A stretch of DNA of 64,000 nucleotides from Candidatus Woesearchaeota archaeon (GTDB lineage: Archaea; Nanobdellota; Nanobdellia; Woesearchaeales; GW2011-AR4). Under the pieces are notes generated by a model. The model saw only the letters and a program-made list of their open reading frames with translations, was not told the origin of the DNA and made no database searches. Where the stretch lies: the NCBI GenBank assembly GCA_016185755.1, contig JACPMX010000014.1:117868-181867 (forward strand), given 5' to 3'. The position numbers and the translations under genes are program-made. This document shows, piece after piece, positions 56,753-64,000 of the stretch. The first letter of the stretch is position 1. Each line of letters starts with the position of its first letter.

Positions 56753-57778
56753 CTACCATTTCTCATTTCTTATTTTCAGATAGAAGGCTATATGGTTCAC
56801 AGCAATATGGAGCACGAAGCTAAGCAAAAGCGAAGCTGAAAAAATTTTCAAATCAAGCCTGAAAACCGGCAGCATGAAAACCAATGCCCCCATTACAAAA
56901 TCCGTCTGGTCAAAGGGCACAAATTTTGCCCCCGGCGCTATGCCAAGCCTTCGCTTGAAGAAGCTTTTCACCAAATCACCGGTCAATGCGCCCAATCCCA
57001 TCAGAAAGCCGAGCAAAAGCCAGTTTTTATAGTTCATGAACGAGATATCCCTGAAAAATTCAATGCCATAAAGAGAATACTGGATGTATGCGGCAATAAC
57101 GGCAAAAACAACCCCGAAAACAATGCCCCTGAAAGTCTTGTGCTTTCCGAATAGGGGCTTTTTGCCAAGCTCTTTGCCAAAATCCACAGGAAAATTAAGA
57201 AAATCTATCTTTTTGACTATTACAGGAGCCATGTTGGCAAAATAAGCAGGCAGCATGAGGTAAAAGCATTTTAACAGGAAAAAGCTGAAACCGGCCATGG
57301 CAAAAAAATTTAAATTGAAGTTTAAATAATTTTGTGCAGGCAGCACTGCAGCGCTTACTATTGCTCCAATTGCAAATCCTCCAAGCACGTCTGTAAAATA
57401 ATGCTTCTTAAGGTATATCCTTGAATAGCCGACAAGCCCTATCGCCAGCAAAGCGGCTAAAATGAATGCCTTGCTTGCGTAAAATTGGGCAATAGGAACT
57501 AAAAATGCCGTAATTCTTGCAGTGTGTATGCTGGGGAAGCTTCCTGCCATGTATTTTTGAATCAGTGTCTTATCAGGCATAGGTATTGGACGGGATTTTG
57601 GGTAGATGAACTTTACAGCCGTGCAGATAATCTGCGTTGATGCAATTGAATAAATAACGATTATCGCAAGGGCTTTGTTAAGGCTGAGAAGGTATATTGT
57701 TGCAGGGATGAAAAAGAAAGGGGTTCCGAATAGGCTGATTATCTGGAATATCATCATCAATAAATCTCTCCTTGCCAT
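56753..57778 (-). CDS. carS: Fusion protein: PAP2 phosphatase domain + CDP-archaeol synthase (CarS)
   Basis: N-terminal half has PAP2 motifs KFIYPKSRP / PSIHT / SRIYLKKHYFTDVLGG. C-terminal half has CarS/DUF46 motifs FGKHKTFRG and DLVKSFFKRRLGI. Confidence 0.7.
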   Translation of the reverse strand: MARRDLLMMIFQIISLFGTPFFFIPATIYLLSLNKALAIIVIYSIASTQIICTAVKFIYPKSRPIPMPDKTLIQKYMAGSFPSIHTARITAFLVPIAQFYASKAFILAALLAIGLVGYSRIYLKKHYFTDVLGGFAIGAIVSAAVLPAQNYLNFNLNFFAMAGFSFFLLKCFYLMLPAYFANMAPVIVKKIDFLNFPVDFGKELGKKPLFGKHKTFRGIVFGVVFAVIAAYIQYSLYGIEFFRDISFMNYKNWLLLGFLMGLGALTGDLVKSFFKRRLGIAPGAKFVPFDQTDFVMGALVFMLPVFRLDLKIFSASLLLSFVLHIAVNHIAFYLKIRNEKW

Positions 57779-57828
57779 ATTGTATTTTTAACAAAAGTTA
57801 TTTAAGCAGTTATAAATCTTATGCCAAA

Positions 57829-58884
57829 ATGAAATTCAAATTCAACATACCCAATAAAATCACAATCATAAGGGTTGCGCTTATTCCTTTGTTTGCAGCA
57901 GTTCTCCTGGCCGATATTCCGTACAAGAGCATACTGTCTGCATTCATCTTCGGCATGCTCTCAGTTTCCGATTTCCTTGACGGCTACTTTGCAAGGAAAA
58001 AAAGGCAGGTTACCGAATTCGGCAAGCTCATAGACCCCATAGCTGACAAGCTTCTCATCTCGACAGCCTTGATTTTTCTTATTGGAAAAGGCGTTGAATT
58101 GTGGATGGCCCTTGCAATCATAGCAAGGGAAATAATAATAACCGCAATAAGGATTTACCTTGTACCGAGCAAAATTGTCGTGCCTGCAAGCAATTTCGGG
58201 AAGGCCAAGACGGTTGTGCAGAGCCTTGCGATAGTATTTGCACTTTTGCAGCTGCCGCTGAGCTATTATTTCATGCTTGCTGCCGTGTTTTTAACTGTTG
58301 CATCAGGGCTTGAATACCTCATAAGGATAAGAAAGCTGACCGGCAAGAAAATAATAAACCTTCCCAACCTCATAACCCTGTGCAGGCTCCTCCTTATAAT
58401 CCCTTTCGTCTATTTTTTCCTGAAATCAGAGATGCAGCTTTCATTGCTGATTTTTGCCGCTATAACGCTTACAGACAAGCTGGACGGCATTTCAGCAAGG
58501 CTCATGAACCAGAAGACGGAGCTTGGAAGCGGCTTGGACTCATTCACTGACTGGACAGTCATATTTGTTACACTAGTGCTTTTTGTAATTAAAAATTATA
58601 TTAATGTACTCTGGGTGGCATTATTAATAATTCCATCCATCATAAGCGGCGTGATGAAAATGACATATGCAAAGAGGCAGAAAGTAGTGCCAGTAACCTT
58701 TGTTGCAAGGCTGAGTGTGGGGCTGACTTACATAACAATAATCTCATTTTTAATAAATTTCAGGTATACCTTTTATTTCCTGGTATCTGCTATTCTGATT
58801 ACCTACATTTCAATGGCAGTATACATACTCAAAACTTTTGCCCTGCCAAAAGCCCCGGTCAGCAAGAAAAAAGCAGCTGCTTAA
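57829..58884 (+). CDS. CDP-alcohol phosphatidyltransferase with two tandem catalytic domains
   Basis: DGYFARKK...GKLIDPIADK and DKLDGISARL...GSGLDSFTDW: two D-G-x2-A-R...G-x3-D-x3-D signatures. Confidence 0.75.
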   Translation: MKFKFNIPNKITIIRVALIPLFAAVLLADIPYKSILSAFIFGMLSVSDFLDGYFARKKRQVTEFGKLIDPIADKLLISTALIFLIGKGVELWMALAIIAREIIITAIRIYLVPSKIVVPASNFGKAKTVVQSLAIVFALLQLPLSYYFMLAAVFLTVASGLEYLIRIRKLTGKKIINLPNLITLCRLLLIIPFVYFFLKSEMQLSLLIFAAITLTDKLDGISARLMNQKTELGSGLDSFTDWTVIFVTLVLFVIKNYINVLWVALLIIPSIISGVMKMTYAKRQKVVPVTFVARLSVGLTYITIISFLINFRYTFYFLVSAILITYISMAVYILKTFALPKAPVSKKKAAA

Positions 58885-59951
58885 GCTAATTTTTTGACTC
58901 TAAAAGATGACACCATCAGTATTCCAAGAATAAGATAGATGTAAGGGTACAATTGTATCGGTGTGTTCAGGAAATACGCCAATGGTATTATTATCCCGTT
59001 CAATGTTATCGGCATTCCCTGGAACGCCCCTTTCAGCTCCATTATGTTGTACCTTGCAAGCCTAAGTATTCCGCAAAAGAGGAAAATAGTGAAAGAGACT
59101 ATCCCGAAAGTCACCTGGAACTGCTTTATTCCTGAAGCAAACTGCATGAGGCTGAAGCCGAAGATTGCAGGCGCAACGCCAAATGAAACAGTGTCAGCCA
59201 GCGAGTCAAGCTCTTTCCCAAAAACATTCTGCTGCTGCAGGGACTTTGCAATCTTGCCGTCAAGGTAGTCAAAAACGACAGAAGCAAGCAGCAGAATGGC
59301 TGCATAATTGAAGCTGTTGTTGATTGAAAACACTATGCTTGCAAGCCCAAGCGCCACGTTCATAAGCGTAAACAGGTCAGCGAACTTAAGCAGGCTGAAA
59401 ATCCTGAATTCATCAAGCTCTGCTTTCCTTCTCATGAGCCTGAACTCTGATTTCCTGAGCGCATATACGCCGGAAGCTATTGTAAGGACTAATGCAGCGG
59501 ACATCACATACCAGTCAATCTGCAGGCTTATCATCGGGGCAAGCAATGCCATGAGCTGGAAGAAGTAGCTTACCTTACCAAGCACGGTCGGCTTGAATTC
59601 CCTTCTCAAGTCCCTGTAAAAAAGTATTATGCCGCACGTTATTGTAAGCATGTCCCTCCCCACAATTATCAAGGCAACCCATATGGGGGTTATCCCCTTT
59701 ATCGTGAGGATTATCGCAGTTAAATTGACAAGCAGCTTGTCTGCAAAGAAGTCGATTATAGGGCGCAGCTGCGAAGGGTATTTTCTTGATACAAATTTTT
59801 CCAGGAACCCGACAAGCGCGGTCAGGATGAAAATGAAAACCGCTATGCTTCTCCTGTCAAACAGGAGGGAAATCGCAATAATTACCGCGAGTATGCACCT
59901 AAGCCATGTCACTGCAAAGAATAATTTTTCCCCCTTTATTCTTAATCTCAT
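58881..59951 (-). CDS. Second tandem-domain CDP-alcohol phosphatidyltransferase (archaetidylserine/inositol-phosphate synthase-like)
   Basis: FFADKLLVNL and DYLDGKIAKS...GKELDSLADT signatures; start taken at MRLRIKGE. Confidence 0.7.
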   Translation of the reverse strand: MRLRIKGEKLFFAVTWLRCILAVIIAISLLFDRRSIAVFIFILTALVGFLEKFVSRKYPSQLRPIIDFFADKLLVNLTAIILTIKGITPIWVALIIVGRDMLTITCGIILFYRDLRREFKPTVLGKVSYFFQLMALLAPMISLQIDWYVMSAALVLTIASGVYALRKSEFRLMRRKAELDEFRIFSLLKFADLFTLMNVALGLASIVFSINNSFNYAAILLLASVVFDYLDGKIAKSLQQQNVFGKELDSLADTVSFGVAPAIFGFSLMQFASGIKQFQVTFGIVSFTIFLFCGILRLARYNIMELKGAFQGMPITLNGIIIPLAYFLNTPIQLYPYIYLILGILMVSSFRVKKLA

Positions 59952-59955
59952 TTCC

Positions 59956-60513
59956 CTATTTCCCGCATATGTATACGACACAAGGTGGTATGTTAAGGGC
60001 CACAAATTTGGTGGAAATGTTTGAAAAATACTCGTAAAGGTATTTCCTGAAATCCTTGAAGTACTGGTATATCACGAACCTTCCATCCCTATTCAGGGTT
60101 TTTTCAGTCTCGCTTATTATAGTGATTTTCTTTTTGTAGGAGAGGTTTGAAAAAGGCAGGCTCGAGATGGCGTAATCAATCTTGGGTATGCCGAGCCTTT
60201 TAAGGTGCCTGATTATATTCTCGGCGCTGTCGTTTATTATGGTAACTCGCTTGTCTTTTATGCTCCTCTTGAGATAATTATAAAGCCTTTTGTTGGTTTC
60301 AAAGCACAGTATCCTGGCTCCGGGGCTTGCCCTTTTGAGAATCTCTCTTGTTATGCGGCCGGTGCCTGAGCCGTATTCCACTATGTATTTTGCGCTTTTA
60401 AAATCCACGCACTTCAAAAGCTCGTTTACAAGGAATTTCGAGCTCGGAACAACCGAGCCTATCTCCTTGGGATTTTTCAAAAAAGTTGAAAAAAACAATA
60501 ATTTTTCATCCAT
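59956..60513 (-). CDS. Phospholipid N-methyltransferase-like (PmtA family) SAM-dependent methyltransferase
   Basis: N-terminus FLKNPKEIGSVVPSS and motif I VEYGSGTGRIT resemble bacterial phosphatidylethanolamine N-methyltransferase. Confidence 0.5.
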   Translation of the reverse strand: MDEKLLFFSTFLKNPKEIGSVVPSSKFLVNELLKCVDFKSAKYIVEYGSGTGRITREILKRASPGARILCFETNKRLYNYLKRSIKDKRVTIINDSAENIIRHLKRLGIPKIDYAISSLPFSNLSYKKKITIISETEKTLNRDGRFVIYQYFKDFRKYLYEYFSNISTKFVALNIPPCVVYICGK

Positions 60514-61126
60514 TGTATTTCCTCAGGTAAGCTATTATGCTTTCACCAGCCTTAACCTTGTCGTTTGCTTTTACCCTTAAATCCACCCCTGCTGGAAGCA
60601 CGATTGTTGTCTGGCTAGACAAGGCTATCATGCCTATTTTATCACCTTTATTAACCTTTTGATTTTTCTTGGCATAGCATTTTATCCTTCTGGCAAGAAA
60701 TCCCGCAACCTGTATCACCTTGACTTTTATTCCCTTGTTTTCTATTATTATCTCGTTTTTCTCGTTCTCAAGGCTTTTTTCCAGCTCATATGCCCTGAAG
60801 AATTTGCCTTTAGCATGCCTTATTGATTTTATTGTTCCTTCTATTGGAGACCTGTTTATATGCACGTCCAAGGGCGACATGAAGATGGAGATGACATAGC
60901 ATTCATCTGCAATGTCTTTTGTCAATGTCCTTATTTTGCCAAGCAGGCCCTTTTTTATACTGATACTTTTATCATTTGTCTTTATTATGCTGATGACCCT
61001 TCCGTCTGCCGGAGCCACTATGATGTTGCCTTTCGGTATTTCCCTTTTTGGGTCCCTGTAGAAATTAAACAGGAACAATACTATTAAGAATGCGATTACA
61101 GCAAGTATCCCGATTATCCACCCCAT
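60506..61126 (-). CDS. psd: Phosphatidyl-/archaetidylserine decarboxylase
   Basis: FMSPLDVHINRSPIEG motif; 206 aa with N-terminal TM. Confidence 0.75.
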   Translation of the reverse strand: MGWIIGILAVIAFLIVLFLFNFYRDPKREIPKGNIIVAPADGRVISIIKTNDKSISIKKGLLGKIRTLTKDIADECYVISIFMSPLDVHINRSPIEGTIKSIRHAKGKFFRAYELEKSLENEKNEIIIENKGIKVKVIQVAGFLARRIKCYAKKNQKVNKGDKIGMIALSSQTTIVLPAGVDLRVKANDKVKAGESIIAYLRKYNG

Positions 61127-61395
61127 AGAATAATGTTTTTATTGCGGATTTAAATGCCTTTGCATCTACTTGGCGCGCATCAGCTTATACACTTTGTAGA
61201 AGCTGACAAAGCTTATTATCAGAAGCACGCATCCTGCTAATATCAGGTCGTTATGCCTTATCCTGTGGCCCAAAATGTCGATGTCAAGCAAGAGAAATTC
61301 TGACATGGATTTGATTGTTTTTCTTGGAACAAATTCATAAAAAGAGCCAATTGCGCCTGTTATGATGCCCTGTATAAGCCAGCCTCTCTTTTCCA

Positions 61396-62124
61396 TCATG
61401 CCCCGCTTCCAAGCCCTTTTTTGAAGGTATGCGCCATGTAATATGCTGCAAGCACAAATGCCAATGCAAAAATGCCTGTTGAAATTTCCCCTGTGAAGTA
61501 CCAGACAGCAGCCGCCGCCGCCAAACAAGCGGATGAGACATCAGCAAGCCTTTTGCCGGAAAGCCTTTCAGCAACAATCCCTATGACCGCTCCTGCGGCG
61601 TATGAAATTGCAGGGAATATCATAATTCCCAATGTCATAAGCGTTGTCGCTTCTTCTTCCTCAATTCCCTGGAGCCTCATCCTAACCATGACCAATAAGG
61701 CGTGAAGCGCGATTGAGATAAAGGAGACTGTGACAACAAATCCGGGGGTGGCAAGCCATTTTTTTTCCGATTTAAGAAAGCTCAGCGCGGCAAAATATGC
61801 TATGAGCATAAGGGCAAAGTGCAGGAAAAAGAACCAGAACTGCTCATCTATCTTAAAAACATCCCTGTTCAGTGTTGCGCCGGCAAACACATAATATATG
61901 TAAAAAATAAAAGGGCCGAAGATGCTTGCAACAATACCCTCCTCTTTTCCAATCCCTATGAACTGGGTAATCATCCATGTAGAAAGGAAAATTACTGTAA
62001 GCTTTATTGCAACATAGTTCAGATGGACAGCCCACCCTGTTGAAAGATGGTACATCATGTCAAGGGCATTCATGACTGCAGTGACAGCAATTGAAAAAAG
62101 AAGATTTGAGTAAAACTTGCTCAT
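61396..62124 (-). CDS. Polytopic membrane protein, hypothetical
   Basis: 242 aa, about seven TM segments. Confidence 0.45.
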   Translation of the reverse strand: MSKFYSNLLFSIAVTAVMNALDMMYHLSTGWAVHLNYVAIKLTVIFLSTWMITQFIGIGKEEGIVASIFGPFIFYIYYVFAGATLNRDVFKIDEQFWFFFLHFALMLIAYFAALSFLKSEKKWLATPGFVVTVSFISIALHALLVMVRMRLQGIEEEEATTLMTLGIMIFPAISYAAGAVIGIVAERLSGKRLADVSSACLAAAAAVWYFTGEISTGIFALAFVLAAYYMAHTFKKGLGSGA

Positions 62125-62583
62125 CTACTGCACCGTTACAGAGCCTTTCATTCCAGGATGGATGCCGCAAATGTAATTGTACTTTCCGGCCTTTGTGAAC
62201 TTGAATGAAAATGAATCGCCTTTGGATAATTCGTCAGACCTCAAAGTGCCGTCAGAGCTTTCAACAGTGTGGGGTGCGCTGTCCTCGTTTGTCCAAACAA
62301 CTATGTCGCCTACATTAACAGCAACATCTGCCGGGGTGAATTTGAAGCTCTTGATCGAGACTTGAACAGTCTTTGCAGTTTGCTCAGGAGCTGCTGGCGT
62401 GGTTTGGGTGGGTGCAGGAGCCTGTGGAGCCGGAGCTGCTGGCTGAACTGGAGTAGATGGAACTGTCTCTAAAGGCTCAGGAGGTCCTGGAGTAACAGGC
62501 TGCTGCCCGCATGCAACAGCAAAAATCATTAGCATTGACAGAATCGCAATAATCAATCTTGAAATTTTCATAAAATAATCCAA
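62125..62583 (-). CDS. Blue-copper (plastocyanin/halocyanin-like) lipoprotein
   Basis: Signal peptide with lipobox AVACG, Pro/Thr/Ala-rich linker, cupredoxin ligands H...C..H..M (YICGIHPGMKG). Confidence 0.75.
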   Translation of the reverse strand: MDYFMKISRLIIAILSMLMIFAVACGQQPVTPGPPEPLETVPSTPVQPAAPAPQAPAPTQTTPAAPEQTAKTVQVSIKSFKFTPADVAVNVGDIVVWTNEDSAPHTVESSDGTLRSDELSKGDSFSFKFTKAGKYNYICGIHPGMKGSVTVQ

Positions 62584-62607
62584 ATAATAGGATATATATA
62601 AATTTTT

Positions 62608-62817
62608 TTATTTTCTATTCAGAATTTTTAAAGCCTTGTTGTTGTATACAAGGATTCCAAGCCCTAGCACAATCAAGAGCACTCCTGAAACCACATGCGT
62701 TATGTGGGTGTCTTCGACAAGCCCCGCTTTTGCGTGAAATGCATGGGGAAGAAAGGCAAAGAATGCCCCTATCGCAAGAATTATTGTTCCGGCAATGTCT
62801 ATTAATTTATTATTCAT
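62608..62817 (-). CDS. Small membrane protein
   Basis: 69 aa, two TM segments. Confidence 0.35.
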   Translation of the reverse strand: MNNKLIDIAGTIILAIGAFFAFLPHAFHAKAGLVEDTHITHVVSGVLLIVLGLGILVYNNKALKILNRK

Positions 62818-62841
62818 AAAAAAATAAAAAAAAGAAAAAGC

Positions 62842-63207
62842 TCACTGCTTAACGCCGTAAGCAACTCCCAAGGAAACAACTGCGATTGCTGCGTGCAAAT
62901 AAGTTATTGCCATGTTTATGGCAAAAATGCTTGCAAGCAAAGTATTCGCGCCCGGCACAAAACCAAGCACTGCAACAACAGCTGATATGATTCCCAAAGT
63001 CTGGTTGGCTGTCTTGCCGCTTCCCTTGTTCCCGTAATATAACATCAATGCTCCTCCTACGAGGTGCAACAAGTTCTGCGCAGTATTTACTCCGAAAATT
63101 CCGAGTATTGGCGCGTTGACGAAGCCGATAAGCCCGACAAGCACTAAAACTGCACCGATAACCATTGCATATGTCTTTTGTACATCCGCGATATTCACCA
63201 CCTCCAT
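62842..63207 (-). CDS. Small membrane protein (DUF4383-like)
   Basis: 121 aa, four TM segments. Confidence 0.4.
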   Translation of the reverse strand: MEVVNIADVQKTYAMVIGAVLVLVGLIGFVNAPILGIFGVNTAQNLLHLVGGALMLYYGNKGSGKTANQTLGIISAVVAVLGFVPGANTLLASIFAINMAITYLHAAIAVVSLGVAYGVKQ

Positions 63208-63285
63208 GGTTTACTATTCTTTTCGATATAGTATATTTAAGCTTTTCGCAGAAATTGAAGTTTAAAATATATTTTGTAGAATATG

Positions 63286-63648
63286 TTAATGAACTAAATA
63301 AGTGTGGGTGTAACCAATTCCGGGTACAAATCTAAAAGAGATTCTTGCTTGCTCATTTCTGAAAAGCGGCTTCCAATACATTGTAATTGTGACTACTCTA
63401 TCAAAACTTTCAGGAATTCTTCTTTCTAAAGGCAAATCCGGATCATTCAATGCGTGAGGCTCAATCAGAGTTTCATCACTTTTTTTTGATGTGTAGTCTG
63501 GTTTATGCTGTAAAGCAAGTTCCCGTAACTGAGCAGCATCTAGGACTTTTCCATGAACGCTGTGGACAAGAGAATTAATTCTACCTTTCACTTCATTTGT
63601 GCTTCTCAATAATCCCCCTAACATATTTTCCAAGTAAGGTATAACCAA
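63286..63648 (-). CDS. Hypothetical protein
   Basis: 120-aa ORF. Confidence 0.3.
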   Translation of the reverse strand: MVIPYLENMLGGLLRSTNEVKGRINSLVHSVHGKVLDAAQLRELALQHKPDYTSKKSDETLIEPHALNDPDLPLERRIPESFDRVVTITMYWKPLFRNEQARISFRFVPGIGYTHTYLVH

Positions 63649-63726
63649 ATAAAAATCTATTTATTTTCTATATAGAATATATTTACTTTAGCACAAGCTT
63701 TTTATTGCTCTTTGAAACACTTTTCA

Positions 63727-64000
63727 ATATGAAATACACAATACTTGACTGCTACACAGACGAACCAGCCGGGCTGGGAGTTCCTCCTTATCTTGGGACT
63801 TATCCAAGGTATGTTGCAGGCTATCTTGGTGGAGATTCAGCTTATGTTACGATTGATGATTTAAGGCTGTGGAAAAAGAATAACGGAATTGTGCATGAAA
63901 CAAGAAAATCCCAGAAAACTGACATTACAACATATAATCTGACAAACAATTGCAAGAACATTCCGCAAATTCTTTCTGAAACAGAAACCTTGATTGTTGT
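63727..64000 (+). CDS. Hypothetical protein, 5' partial (runs off window)
   Basis: ORF MKYTILDCYTDEPAGLGVPPYLG... continues to the window end. Confidence 0.35.

Noticed and set aside
61166-61528. 120-aa minus-strand ORF with a Gly/Cys-rich N-terminus
   Set aside because: The N-terminal part overlaps the larger membrane-protein gene (61396-62124) in another frame and looks non-coding. At most a shorter C-terminal membrane peptide may be real.
1-64000. CRISPR arrays, rRNA genes, IS transposases or integrase genes
   Set aside because: No regularly spaced short direct repeats, no rRNA-like conserved blocks and no transposase or integrase-like ORFs were detected. The only mobile-looking signals are the tRNA-associated duplications and the ~70-nt repeat family.

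Overview
The window is a low-GC archaeal chromosomal segment, possibly from a DPANN-like lineage. Archaeal hallmarks are present throughout: the rpoE-spt4-rps24e-rps27ae cluster, ribosomal proteins L1, P0 and P1, Rpp21, gatD/gatE, Cdc48, Dph5, CDP-archaeol synthase, and a ten-gene A1A0 (V-type) ATPase operon. It also holds intron-containing tRNAs, including two with non-canonical T-loop introns. The most notable feature is a complete bacterial-type MEP/DOXP isoprenoid-precursor pathway (dxs, ispG, dxr, ispDF, ispE, ispH) clustered at 8.7-18.4 kb. A second notable feature is a family of about 70-nt interspersed intergenic elements present in five copies on both strands, one inverted pair splitting rps24e-rps27ae; each carries a small hairpin whose stem covaries between copies. 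Other points are listed here.
- A GC-rich putative reduced RNase P RNA sits at the 5' end of the window.
- A glutamine-amidotransferase gene is inserted between atpA and atpB.
- An AT-rich insertion splits gatD from gatE.
- An AT-rich three-gene islet abuts tRNA-Arg.
- Partial tRNA duplications sit next to tRNA-Leu and tRNA-Gln.
- There are two H+-pyrophosphatase paralogues with opposite predicted K+ dependence.
- A phospholipid head-group cluster includes a PAP2-CarS fusion, two tandem CDP-alcohol phosphatidyltransferases, Psd and a PmtA-like N-methyltransferase.
- A hicA/hicB pair is arranged convergently.
- There are truncated dph2 and DHFR-family gene remnants.
No CRISPR array, rRNA or recognisable transposase/integrase gene was found.
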